DNA of 64,000 bases from Spirochaetia bacterium (GCA_963677925.2 CAXXYH010000004.1:192001-256000), one strand, 5' to 3'; shown: positions 1 through 9,672, counted from the stretch's first letter. Notes: a model not told the origin generated them from the sequence alone. Program-made: numbers and translations.

Positions 1-2248
1 CCCCAAGATATTGTGCATACTGCTCTTTTAATCCTAACCAGCGTTTGTAATCTGAAATTAGTCCTGAATCATTACTTTCCATAATGCGGCTGCGCATCTG
101 CTGTGATGAACGTAAAAGAGCCCCCTTCGTTCGAATTTGAGTATCAAAAAGAAAAGAAGCTGTCGCAGGAACAGTGGAATATGCATCTTCTGTAAATTTT
201 TTAAGATTTAAAAGAAGCAGCGATACTGTTGACTGATACTGAGCCCGCTCCTTTTCACTCATGGACATATACTGCAAATCAAGATTATCCAGAACTATGG
301 AAATAGACTGCCTATATAATGATGCTGCTTCTGAATACCTTTTCATTCTTTCATACAGAACCGCTGTATTATTAAGGATATCAGCATAATCAGGATGCCT
401 GCCGACAGGTTCAAGTTTTCTGCAGGCCGACTGTACAATTTTATAAAGCTGTTCACTCTCTTCATACTCACCCAGGTTCATACTTATTCCGGCAAGGTTA
501 GCAACTGCAGATATAAAAACCGGATGCCGTAACTTAGGTTCCAGCTCAGCTGAAATTTCAAGGCTCTGTTCATACAGAATCCGTGCATCATCATCAAATC
601 CCGTTTCATAATACAGGAAAGCAAGGTTATTAAGCGCCAGAGCATACTGCGAGCTTCTTCCGGCAGGGACCTGCTCTTTCTGAATACCCACCGCCTTCTT
701 TAAAAGAGGTTCCGCCTCAGCATAACGTCCTGTTTCATAGTAGAGAGTAGCCAGATTATTCAGAGACAGTGCATAATCAGAATGCATTTCTGACGGCTCA
801 AAAGTCTTTCTTATCTCCAGCGCTTTTATACAGTTCAGTTCAGCCTCTGCAAATCTTCCGGTTTTCTGATACAAAAGTGCAAGGCCGTTCAGTGTGGAAG
901 CATAGTATGAACTATACCCTTTCGGTTCTAATTCTATTCTTATCTTCAGTGCTTCCATAAACAGTGGTTCAGCCTTTCCATACTGACCCATTTCAAAATA
1001 GAGGGATGCAAGATTGTGCAGCGCCGTAGAATAATCTCGTTTTAAACCGGCTGAATCAGAACCAGCCGTTATTTCCAGAACTTTCCTGTACAAAGGTTCA
1101 GATTCTGCATATCGCCCCATATCTTCATAAACCAGAGCAATATGTATTAGCGATGTTGTGTAACAGACATTTTTTTCACCATAATCTTTCAGCGCTATTT
1201 CCGCCGCGCTTTCGCCCCATCTCAAGGCCGTCAGAAACCGGCCTGAGTCTTTCAAATCTATAAAGCGGTAAATTGCATATTCCCAGTCAAAGCTTTCTGT
1301 ACGGCCGGCCTCTTCGTAAAGCAGGGCATCCTCTATCTTCCGGAAATCGGCCTTCTTAAACAGGTCCACTCCTGATTTAAGCATTTCAGGTTTCCAGGTA
1401 CTTAACTCTACAGCCGATACAAAATTTGTTTCAAATTCTGTATCGGCTGTGCTATCCTGATTATCAAAAAGATCAAGCATTGTAAAAACATAAGAAAGTC
1501 CTGCTTTCTCACCGTATTCTGTCTGAAACTCCGTATACAGCCCCCGAAGTCTTTCAAAAAACCATTGATATTCGGAATTGTTGAATGTCTCAGCCAGGCA
1601 GAGAGTAAACCAGCCCAAGGCCTCAGAGGGTCTTCCTACAGCAAAGGATGACAATGATGCAAATATAAAAGCACCGGGAACAGAGGATCCAAGCTTCAGG
1701 TACTCTTCGGCAAGTTTGAGACAACCCTCATAGTTGCCGTCATAATATTCATACATACAGAGGTCCCAGAAAACATTCGGTTTTTCCGGGTCATCTAAAC
1801 GTTTTAAGCCTTCCAGAAGAACGTCCTTCGCCTCTGCTCTTTTTCCTGTTCTATCAAGAACCGAAGCGTATCTGGTAAAAACCCATGAAGAGGGATTTTG
1901 ATGATAATTGCAGTTGCTGATATAGCCCGGCAGCGCCTGTGCCATAGCCCCGGACTGATAGTATCTTTCAGCCAGCATCCAGGAAATGTTTAAATATGAT
2001 GTTTGAAACTCTGTTAATGTTTCAGGTTTACCGTCAGGAAAGACTTCCTCATCAGAAAAATTAAGGTCATCAAACATTTCCGCGATTTCCTGAAAGGTTT
2101 TCGTGTCAGCATTATCAGAAACAGACAGCAGCTTACAGGCAGTCTCTGCCCATATTATAAATGTCTGCTGAAAATCAGGTGAAAATTCTGCAAAGACAAA
2201 GGAGCAGTTTAAAATAATCAATAAAGCGGATACTAATAACTTTTTCAT
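1..2248 (-). CDS. Exported tetratricopeptide-repeat protein, probable TPR-CHAT (caspase-like) protease; runs off the left edge
   Basis: Absent from the ORF track (no stop in window). Hand translation from ATG 2248 is open to base 1: signal peptide MKKLLVSALLIILNCSFVFA, about seven 42-aa TPR_12-type repeats (LHNLASLYFEMGQYGKAEPLF, LNNLATLYYETGRYAEAEPLL, HPDYADILNNTA), then MSEKERAQY and TKGALLRSSQQMRSRIMESND, linker motifs typical of the region before CHAT domains. The CHAT domain itself is outside the window. Confidence 0.8.
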   Translation of the reverse strand, partial: MKKLLVSALLIILNCSFVFAEFSPDFQQTFIIWAETACKLLSVSDNADTKTFQEIAEMFDDLNFSDEEVFPDGKPETLTEFQTSYLNISWMLAERYYQSGAMAQALPGYISNCNYHQNPSSWVFTRYASVLDRTGKRAEAKDVLLEGLKRLDDPEKPNVFWDLCMYEYYDGNYEGCLKLAEEYLKLGSSVPGAFIFASLSSFAVGRPSEALGWFTLCLAETFNNSEYQWFFERLRGLYTEFQTEYGEKAGLSYVFTMLDLFDNQDSTADTEFETNFVSAVELSTWKPEMLKSGVDLFKKADFRKIEDALLYEEAGRTESFDWEYAIYRFIDLKDSGRFLTALRWGESAAEIALKDYGEKNVCYTTSLIHIALVYEDMGRYAESEPLYRKVLEITAGSDSAGLKRDYSTALHNLASLYFEMGQYGKAEPLFMEALKIRIELEPKGYSSYYASTLNGLALLYQKTGRFAEAELNCIKALEIRKTFEPSEMHSDYALSLNNLATLYYETGRYAEAEPLLKKAVGIQKEQVPAGRSSQYALALNNLAFLYYETGFDDDARILYEQSLEISAELEPKLRHPVFISAVANLAGISMNLGEYEESEQLYKIVQSACRKLEPVGRHPDYADILNNTAVLYERMKRYSEAASLYRQSISIVLDNLDLQYMSMSEKERAQYQSTVSLLLLNLKKFTEDAYSTVPATASFLFDTQIRTKGALLRSSQQMRSRIMESNDSGLISDYKRWLGLKEQYAQYLG

Positions 2249-2359
2249 TTTAATTTCTGTTCCACAGTTGTTCTTCATATGCATATTAGTGGAAAAATCC
2301 TACCATTTATTTGTAAAAATAACCTGTATTTTCAGGAAAATTATTATACAGTAATTGTT

Positions 2360-3436
2360 ATGCCGGTTGATAATATCCGAATACCACAGGAGCTATACCA
2401 CTTCAACAGAATACAATCGCTCTTTGATCCCGAAGTAATCAACCTTATCCTCAGAACCACGGCCTCTAACTATGAGAGGGAGCTTAAAAAGGATACAAAA
2501 GCCCTTTTCTGCAAGGCGGATTCTACTGAATATAGAGACAGGCTTAATGCTCTGATGAAGATCGTGCAGGAATATCATAATGTAGACGGGAAAATTATTC
2601 TCTATATAGATAAATCAAATACAAGCACAGCCAAAACCTACCCTACAACAAAAGAACAGACAGACAATTATGTGGTTATTTCAGAATCGCTTCTTGATAA
2701 ACTTACAGATGATGAACTGCTTTTTATCATGGGTCATGAAATCAGCCATATCAGCTTTCATCATGCGGTAATCAACTGGATCATCGGAACTATCTACCCG
2801 GAAGGCCAGAAAATGCCGCCGATTATAAGGAATGAATGGAATATATGGACCCGTCTGGCCGAAATATCAGCGGATAACGCCGGACTGCAGCTTTGCAGAG
2901 ACAGGGCTTCCGCCCAATCAGCACTAATAAAGACAATTCCGGCAGACAACAGCGAACTGAAAAACAGAATTGCCTGTCTTGGAAACGGCGAAAGATTTGA
3001 ACTTTATTATAAAGAGATAATCAGCAGGATATCTGAGGATTATTCAGAACTATATGCCAACTTCTTTGAAAAAGCTTTTCTGCTGATCAGCGAACTCGAC
3101 GGCCATGTCTGCAGTGATGAAGAGGAGTTTATTCTTAATCGTCTTTCCTTTCATAAATATCTTACAGATAACCCAGTCCGCAACAAAAAAACAGTCAGTC
3201 ACAGACAATTACTGAAAGAAGGCAAAAGGATAGCTGAGCAGTTTCCTGATAAAACTGAAGAATTATTTCTAAACCTTTCCGCATTAACTCTGAAGGACAA
3301 TACACTGACACAGGAAGAATACAGGCTCCTTTACGAGATAGGTACAAAGGCTTTCGGATTCACGCCCGAAACTGTCGATTCACTTTTTCTTTCAATAATC
3401 CGTTCAACTATTTTCCAGCCTCATAAAGAGTTGTAA
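2360..3436 (+). CDS. M48-family zinc metallopeptidase fused to a TerB-like C-terminal domain
   Basis: ELLFIMGHEISH (HExxH) and WTRLAEISAD (third-ligand motif); C-terminal ELDGHVCSDEEEFI and KDNTLTQEEYRLL resemble TerB repeats. Start moved from 2279 to ATG 2360. Confidence 0.75.
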   Translation: MPVDNIRIPQELYHFNRIQSLFDPEVINLILRTTASNYERELKKDTKALFCKADSTEYRDRLNALMKIVQEYHNVDGKIILYIDKSNTSTAKTYPTTKEQTDNYVVISESLLDKLTDDELLFIMGHEISHISFHHAVINWIIGTIYPEGQKMPPIIRNEWNIWTRLAEISADNAGLQLCRDRASAQSALIKTIPADNSELKNRIACLGNGERFELYYKEIISRISEDYSELYANFFEKAFLLISELDGHVCSDEEEFILNRLSFHKYLTDNPVRNKKTVSHRQLLKEGKRIAEQFPDKTEELFLNLSALTLKDNTLTQEEYRLLYEIGTKAFGFTPETVDSLFLSIIRSTIFQPHKEL

Positions 3437-3465
3437 AAGCAAATATATACACATATAATACCCCT

Positions 3466-4242
3466 ATGACTAAAGATGAGTTTGTAGCTGACTATGGTGA
3501 GTATCTGTACCGGGCTGCATATAAATGTTACTGGAAGCTGAAGGGCAAACCTAAAACCGAAGAAGAAATAGAAATTATCCATGATGTATTTACCAATATT
3601 TTAGAGACATTCTCCACTAAGATTGATGAAGGCAACTTTAATTTCAGGGGAGAATGTGATATCAGGACTTTTTTCTTCAGTTCAGTATACAGAAAAATGC
3701 GTGAAACTCTGTATGGAAAAGTTTTCTATCCGGCAGCCCTGAAACCCTTCGGGGAAGCAGGGAGAAGCATCTATTATCACAGATATATACTTTCTTATCC
3801 CAGAACAGAAGCCCTCATGCTGAGCTGTCAGGAGCTGGGAGCTGAATGGGATGACATTGACAGCATGGATAAACAGATAGAGGCAAATCTTAAAACCTCC
3901 ATTGTAAAAAAGAAAGGCCCTGTATCTAATACCGAAGTAGGTGAAAATCAGCTTGAAGAATTCGTTGCACAAACTCTTTTTGCACATTCAAGAACACCGG
4001 AAGCAGAAGTCTTAATGAGTGAATTACGCACAAAAATGAGCTGCATTCTTGAAAACCTGAGCCTTCAGCACAGGCAGATAATAATTCTGGATCAGGACGG
4101 TTTCAACACTGAAGATATTCAGAAAACCTTAAAGCTTAAAGACAGGCAGGCAGTTTATAACACGCTTTTCTCGGCAAAAAAAGCTTTCCGAAAAGAAGCT
4201 GAAAACCAGAAGCTTGAGGAATGGACAGATCACATCTGTTAA
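3466..4242 (+). CDS. ECF-like sigma-70 factor with a central insertion
   Basis: Region-2-like (DVFTNIL...FRGECDIRTFF) and region-4-like (LENLSLQHRQII...GFNTEDIQKTL...AVYNTLFSAKKAFR) segments. Confidence 0.7.
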   Translation: MTKDEFVADYGEYLYRAAYKCYWKLKGKPKTEEEIEIIHDVFTNILETFSTKIDEGNFNFRGECDIRTFFFSSVYRKMRETLYGKVFYPAALKPFGEAGRSIYYHRYILSYPRTEALMLSCQELGAEWDDIDSMDKQIEANLKTSIVKKKGPVSNTEVGENQLEEFVAQTLFAHSRTPEAEVLMSELRTKMSCILENLSLQHRQIIILDQDGFNTEDIQKTLKLKDRQAVYNTLFSAKKAFRKEAENQKLEEWTDHIC

Positions 4243-4252
4243 GGATTGAATT

Positions 4253-4558
4253 ATGAATGATGATTTATTTTTAAATAAACTTAATAAAATATTTTCCAGG
4301 GAAGAGCTTGCGGATTTAATGAAAGAGGACATGGACATTCCTGTTCCCGATAAGGTTCGGGACTTAATTAATCAGGCGAAACGGAATGTGGCAAATCAAA
4401 AAAAGAATTCCGGCAAGATTATAGACATAGTAAACAAGGATGACCCAATTGATTTGAAAGCCTGCGCAATAGAAGGCCAGGATGAAGCTCCGAAGGACGA
4501 GGATCCAATAAAGAAGCTGCTGAATAAAACAAGTAAAGGGTCTGAAAAAGGGGAATAA
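4253..4558 (+). CDS. Small charged hypothetical protein, possible anti-sigma or protease substrate
   Basis: 101 aa, 10 nt after the sigma gene, AAGGA Shine-Dalgarno; function inferred from position only. Confidence 0.6.
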   Translation: MNDDLFLNKLNKIFSREELADLMKEDMDIPVPDKVRDLINQAKRNVANQKKNSGKIIDIVNKDDPIDLKACAIEGQDEAPKDEDPIKKLLNKTSKGSEKGE

Positions 4559-4560
4559 AA

Positions 4561-5034
4561 CTGAAGAAAAATATTTTTATATTGCTATTTTTTATATCGG
4601 GCTTTTCATTACACGCTCAAAGCCTTGAGGAAAGCCTGAACACAATGAGTCGTTTAGTAGCAAAATACGACCTACACGACTCAGCTCAACTATATTTTGA
4701 TGGATTACATTTAGTCTATAATACCCTGGGGTACCAACGAATAGACGGGAAACGCTGGGGCGTTACAGTTGTATGTAAAGCCTATTTGCCGGATTTATAT
4801 ACGGAATATTATGATATTGAAGAATATGGCAGACCTGTAGTGTACTGCACAACTGTGAATGGAAAATCAATAAACGTCACCAAAGAGGAGGAAAAGGAAA
4901 TCGGCAGGGATACTGTAAAAAAGGAATTTGTCTCTGAATTCATTAGATTTCAATTTACGACAATCAAATCAGCAGTAGAATTTCAGGAGACTTTAATTCA
5001 TGTATTAGAAATTCTAAGAGAAGAATTTCAATAA
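4561..5034 (+). CDS. Exported hypothetical protein (probable CTG start)
   Basis: In-frame CTG 4561 gives (M)KKIFFILLFFISGFSLHA-QS, a complete signal peptide; AAGGGGA lies 6 nt upstream. Confidence 0.6.
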   Translation: MKKNIFILLFFISGFSLHAQSLEESLNTMSRLVAKYDLHDSAQLYFDGLHLVYNTLGYQRIDGKRWGVTVVCKAYLPDLYTEYYDIEEYGRPVVYCTTVNGKSINVTKEEEKEIGRDTVKKEFVSEFIRFQFTTIKSAVEFQETLIHVLEILREEFQ

Positions 5035-5675
5035 AACTCTTCCAGCGGCTTATCCCTGAACAGAATATACTGAAGAAGATACATATACGGATCAAGAACC
5101 AGACCGAATTGGATAAAATATTCTGCGGTTTTCATTGTCCAGTTTTCAGTATAGCTGATTTTTAAAACGCCATGCAGATCTGCAGTAGAAAGTTCTTCAC
5201 CATACCAGAATCTCTCTTTACAGTTACTTAAAATTAGACTGAAGACATTATAATCAGGAATGAAAAACTCTCTTGGAAGACTGTTCAAGTTTCTGCCTCT
5301 TTTAATTTGTACTTCATCACCAATCGAGTATGAGATATTCACCGGATATGACACAATACATCCCCAGCTTCCGTTGAACTCAACAGAAGTTATTTCCAGT
5401 TCAGGATCAATTTCGCCTATCTTGACCATTTTAAAAACATTCTCAATATTATCAAAATGTGTGAATCCATATTCAATATAGGAATACTCATGATATAAAT
5501 CGTCAGCCTGATCGGGATATTGTTCGCAGAGATCCCTTAACCTGAGGTATGAAATAAACCAGTTTCTTTCTAAAAATAAGGACCGTTTTAGTTCTATCTC
5601 ATATTCCTCAAGTGCCTGTGCATATAAGTTAATAGACAAAATAATAAAAATTGATAATAACCAGTATTTTTTCAT
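5028..5675 (-). CDS. Exported hypothetical protein
   Basis: 215-aa ORF, signal peptide MKKYWLLSIFIILSINLYA. Confidence 0.7.
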   Translation of the reverse strand: MKKYWLLSIFIILSINLYAQALEEYEIELKRSLFLERNWFISYLRLRDLCEQYPDQADDLYHEYSYIEYGFTHFDNIENVFKMVKIGEIDPELEITSVEFNGSWGCIVSYPVNISYSIGDEVQIKRGRNLNSLPREFFIPDYNVFSLILSNCKERFWYGEELSTADLHGVLKISYTENWTMKTAEYFIQFGLVLDPYMYLLQYILFRDKPLEEFY

Positions 5676-5782
5676 ATTACGCCCCTATTCCATTTGCATG
5701 TCATTATTAGTGGTATTATCGTGTGATTTCTTTGAGATAAGTATACATTTTGTGATATTATCAGAGATAACAAGGTATTTAA

Positions 5783-6607
5783 ATGTTCCGAAAAATTAAA
5801 CTTATTGTACTGCTTTTTTTTATACCCTTTATCACATTTCCGGCAGGTGTGGATTATCCATATGAAATAAATATCGAAGGAAAACTGCAGCACTGGACAT
5901 GGGCTAATACACAGAACAAACTGGCCCTGGTTATTCAAAATGCAGATCAACAGGTACTTCGTATTATAGAGGCAGAAACAATGCATCTGAGTGCAGCTGT
6001 ACAGATTCCTGAGCATTTATCTATACGAAACATGGAATGGGCTGCAGATGATTCAGGAATAATCTTTCTTTCCGACCGCTCTATTGAAAATATTGAAGGC
6101 TTAACTTTCTTCGACTTTAAAACCATATCATTTAAAAATAATTATGATTTCAATTACATAGAATTCAGTTCTACTGAACAACGCTGGTCTCTCTACTACG
6201 ACCCGCAGAGCCGATGCTGGGCAACCCTTTCAACCGGAGAAGGTCATCCGGATATTACAGTAAGCCGTAACGGTACAGAAATCATGAAAACAAATATCTA
6301 CCCCGGGTATATATCGATTATCGGATGGCAATCCGGCAGACTCTTTCTTGAAACCTCACTTCCTTTAAAATTAATAACAGCACGAAATGATATTTATTAT
6401 CTGGAAAACGAACTAAGGGATTCTAACGAAGACATTTCAAATCTGGGAGATTTCATTTACTCATTTGATTTTGGAGCGGGAATTCTAAATAGAGTAGATT
6501 ACGTATTTTTACCTGATTTCAGAAATACATCTAAAATTGAAAGCCAGTTTTACTTTCAGTATGAATTCATTGAATCCGAATATAAGACAATTATTCGGAT
6601 GTGGTAA
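5783..6607 (+). CDS. Exported hypothetical protein, possibly beta-propeller-like
   Basis: 274 aa, N-terminal hydrophobic leader, 'MEWAADDSGIIF'-type blade motif. Confidence 0.65.
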   Translation: MFRKIKLIVLLFFIPFITFPAGVDYPYEINIEGKLQHWTWANTQNKLALVIQNADQQVLRIIEAETMHLSAAVQIPEHLSIRNMEWAADDSGIIFLSDRSIENIEGLTFFDFKTISFKNNYDFNYIEFSSTEQRWSLYYDPQSRCWATLSTGEGHPDITVSRNGTEIMKTNIYPGYISIIGWQSGRLFLETSLPLKLITARNDIYYLENELRDSNEDISNLGDFIYSFDFGAGILNRVDYVFLPDFRNTSKIESQFYFQYEFIESEYKTIIRMW

Positions 6608-6637
6608 ATTCAATTCCAATTTGAATTTACCTGATGT

Positions 6638-7063
6638 TTAATCATTAATAACTTCAAAAAATTTAATTACGACTCCGCCGTTTCCGGGATGCCCTTCTCC
6701 TCTAAATTTATTACAGTGCAGATAAGGGGCCAGGGCTTTGCTGTCGGTATAGAAGGTTGGAATCGTCTTAAAAGGTTTTGGAGCATCAACATTAAAAAAG
6801 GCATTATTCTCGATATAGATTTTACAGGCAGCTCCGGTATTGTCTGTGCCTTCAGCCATATAACGGGCGGACATATGCTTAACACCGTTAACATCGACAA
6901 TCTGAGTATCAACTCCCCCGGGAAGCAGAACTCCGCTGAATATATCGCTCTTAACAGTACCGCTGAAAGGAATCATTATAACCGACCCTGCGGGGCCGTC
7001 AAGCTGACTTTTTTCTTCAGGTTTAATTTCAACAAAAACTTCCATCATAAGCTTATCAGCCAT
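6638..7063 (-). CDS. DUF3237 family protein
   Basis: IPFSGTV...GVLLPGGVDTQ...SARY...IYIEN...PTFYTD pattern. Confidence 0.75.
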   Translation of the reverse strand: MADKLMMEVFVEIKPEEKSQLDGPAGSVIMIPFSGTVKSDIFSGVLLPGGVDTQIVDVNGVKHMSARYMAEGTDNTGAACKIYIENNAFFNVDAPKPFKTIPTFYTDSKALAPYLHCNKFRGEGHPGNGGVVIKFFEVIND

Positions 7064-7126
7064 ATCTATTACTCCATTCTTCAGCTGTAATTTAGAGACA
7101 GAGTTTAACTGTTAATCTTCATTACT

Positions 7127-7993
7127 TCAATAGCGAACAGGGTTAACCCTCACATCCCTGATATTGAAGCGGGCGTAGGAATATTCCGAACCATCCCTAA
7201 GCCATACTGCCTCTCCGTACGATGCTATATTTAAGCCGTTGTTTTCTCTGTACTCAATTAGAGGGGTAGCCCATCGCAGAAGTTCGTATGTACCATCCTC
7301 ATTAAGATAGTATCGATCTTCGGATATAAAATTAACAAGCTGGCCTGACTCATTAAAATAGAGAACAGCAGTTACACTTATCCCTCCATTTGTAAATGTT
7401 CCCTCTGCAGTAAGGTTATCAATCTCATGCCAGCTTATTCTTGAATCTATAAGCGAAGAAGGAACAAAAACACACATATCATTGAACACAGTGACGGTCT
7501 CTCCCTTGTTCATCTCAGGCCCTCTGGCATCCGCTGCCTTAAAAAGGTCGAGAACCTTAACCACCATAGTAGCCTTAGCTGATTCATAATGATGCAGTCC
7601 GAATATTTTGAGCCCCATAAATTTCAGCTTCATAAAAAATAATCTTGCCGGGTTTTCGATAAAGCTGATCTGCTCAACCTGAACAGGGGCCCAGTCCCTA
7701 TCAGGACTCATCTTAAAATCTCCGTCTATCTCCGCTGTAAAAAACTTCACCTTCTCTGTTCCGACTGCTCCTGTATACTCAAGATATCTTCTTACAGGTT
7801 CAGGCAGTGGAGCAAGATCCTCAGATGTAATCAGTTCGGATTCAGAGGCAGGCAAAGATTCTGTAAGACGTTTCTCCTGATTCTTAAAGTTCCTGTAAGT
7901 CGATTTCAAAGTCATTACCACAACCAAACCTGCAAGCAGCAGAATAAGAATAGAGGCAATAATTAGCGTTACTATTATATTTTCCTTTGTCAT
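7127..7993 (-). CDS. Membrane-anchored DUF6544-like protein
   Basis: N-terminal TM helix, LPEPVRRYL motif; ATG 7993 preceded by GGAG. Confidence 0.65.
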   Translation of the reverse strand: MTKENIIVTLIIASILILLLAGLVVVMTLKSTYRNFKNQEKRLTESLPASESELITSEDLAPLPEPVRRYLEYTGAVGTEKVKFFTAEIDGDFKMSPDRDWAPVQVEQISFIENPARLFFMKLKFMGLKIFGLHHYESAKATMVVKVLDLFKAADARGPEMNKGETVTVFNDMCVFVPSSLIDSRISWHEIDNLTAEGTFTNGGISVTAVLYFNESGQLVNFISEDRYYLNEDGTYELLRWATPLIEYRENNGLNIASYGEAVWLRDGSEYSYARFNIRDVRVNPVRY

Positions 7994-8076
7994 AAAATCT
8001 CCGATATTAATAACAAACACATTAAAGCACATAAAATGTTACCGCTTTATTAAAATTTTAAAGTAAGGCCAGTCAT

Positions 8077-9672
8077 ATGAAAAAATTAATAATTCCAATG
8101 TTCTTCGCGTTAAGCTTATCAATTTGGTCCTGCCGCAGCATTCCTGAAAAAGTATATATTCCAGACACAGACATCTCCGGACAACTGTCAGAGAAAGAAT
8201 CTGAAACCTCTGAAAAAATGAACTTCTGGAACAGCCCGAAAAAAGGAGCCAATTATTTACCGTCGAACTATAATTCTGAATATTTCAAGGCTGCTGCAGA
8301 TGCAGGAATTCAATACATTAGGTTGGGACCAAATCTTCTTCCGGCAGATGACAAAGATTTCCTTATTGGTGATCTTGATAACTATCAGGCAATAAATAAG
8401 ACGGATCTTGAAGTCCTTCTTGATATTCTTGATGATGCTGAAAAAAGCGGTATTGCTGTGATCCTCACTATGTTTGAACTTCCCGGTCACAAATACGGAA
8501 ATCCCAACGAAGAGGAAACAGACTGCCGCCTCTGGAATGATCAGGAATACTGGGTGCAGTCATTTGAATTCTGGAAGGATCTGGCCGCTGCAGTTAAAGA
8601 CCATCCGGCGGTTGCAGCCTACAATCCTGTCAATGAGCCGGTTGCCGCATATGCGTTCGGCTTTGACGAACCTGATTCTTCATTCAGGCGATGGCTGAAA
8701 GCTTCTGAAGGAACAACCGCTGATCTGAACCTCTTCAACAAGATGATTGTTAAAGCCATACGCGAAGCAGACTCCAATACTCCGATACTACTCGACGGGT
8801 ATTTATGGGCTGATCCCAAAGGAATGCCGTATACCGTGCCGGTGGATGATCCGTACATCCTGTATTCATTTCACAACCCGGCGCCGTGGAACTTTTCATC
8901 ACTAAGCGGAAATATGGGGCGTTATAGCTATCCTGATGCGATGCCGGCATACTGGAACGGGCCGCAGGAAACCTGGGATATTAACCGGCTGGCAGAACTT
9001 CTCAAACCGGTTGAAAAATTTGCAGAAGAAAACGGTATCCCGTCAAACCGTATTATCGCTGCCGAGTTCTGGTGCAATCGGAGAATCGCCGGATGCGCCG
9101 AGTACCTCAATGATTTAATTCACCTATACAACCGCCATGAATGGCACTGGAGCTTCTGGTCGTACCGCTGCGGCGGAACATTTACGGCTTATGAATATGA
9201 ACTTGGAGATGCACCCGATTCCGGAGAGTTTATTGTAAAGACAAGAAAAGGAGCTCAAAAACCTGAAGATCTATATATTTATACCGACAACAGAAGCTGG
9301 AGGGTACTCAGCGCGGCTCTGAATAATACTGAGCCTGTTTTTTCAGATCTTGTGCCGCAGCCGTCCTCTGCATCTGAACTTGCAGGACTTATTTCAAATC
9401 TCAGAGATGAGGAGTGGATTGTCCGGGACAGGTCGGCTTTACTCCTGGCTGAATCCGGTCCATATGCAGCAGAAGCCGTACCGGAGCTTATCAGGCTGCT
9501 TGATGATGAAGAATGGATAGTAAGGCGATCAGCTGTTTATGCCCTGTCAAAAATCGCAGCTTTCGATGATGAGCAAGTCTGGAATGAAGTAGAAAAACTG
9601 AGAAATGATGAGGAAGACGCAGTGAGGGTACAGGCAGCCCTTGCTCTTGGCCTGCGAAAGGCCGGTTTATGA
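8077..9672 (+). CDS. Lipoprotein: GH5 glycoside hydrolase with C-terminal HEAT repeats
   Basis: Lipobox LSIWSC; GH5 motifs YNPVNEP (acid/base), YSFH and IIAAEFW (nucleophile); repeats LRDEEWIVRDRSA, LDDEEWIVRRSAV and RNDEEDAVRVQAA. Confidence 0.8.
   Translation: MKKLIIPMFFALSLSIWSCRSIPEKVYIPDTDISGQLSEKESETSEKMNFWNSPKKGANYLPSNYNSEYFKAAADAGIQYIRLGPNLLPADDKDFLIGDLDNYQAINKTDLEVLLDILDDAEKSGIAVILTMFELPGHKYGNPNEEETDCRLWNDQEYWVQSFEFWKDLAAAVKDHPAVAAYNPVNEPVAAYAFGFDEPDSSFRRWLKASEGTTADLNLFNKMIVKAIREADSNTPILLDGYLWADPKGMPYTVPVDDPYILYSFHNPAPWNFSSLSGNMGRYSYPDAMPAYWNGPQETWDINRLAELLKPVEKFAEENGIPSNRIIAAEFWCNRRIAGCAEYLNDLIHLYNRHEWHWSFWSYRCGGTFTAYEYELGDAPDSGEFIVKTRKGAQKPEDLYIYTDNRSWRVLSAALNNTEPVFSDLVPQPSSASELAGLISNLRDEEWIVRDRSALLLAESGPYAAEAVPELIRLLDDEEWIVRRSAVYALSKIAAFDDEQVWNEVEKLRNDEEDAVRVQAALALGLRKAGL

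Noticed and set aside
769-960. 63-aa plus-strand ORF
   Set aside because: Antisense shadow of the TPR gene, which is open throughout on the minus strand.
240-1200. Periodic repeats suggesting an array or a DGR template
   Set aside because: They are degenerate 42-aa TPR coding repeats; no identical DNA repeats, no adenine-specific variation and no reverse transcriptase were seen.
1-4558. Calling the module a type III-E CASP locus
   Set aside because: No cas genes or CRISPR array in the window; only the logic is analogous.
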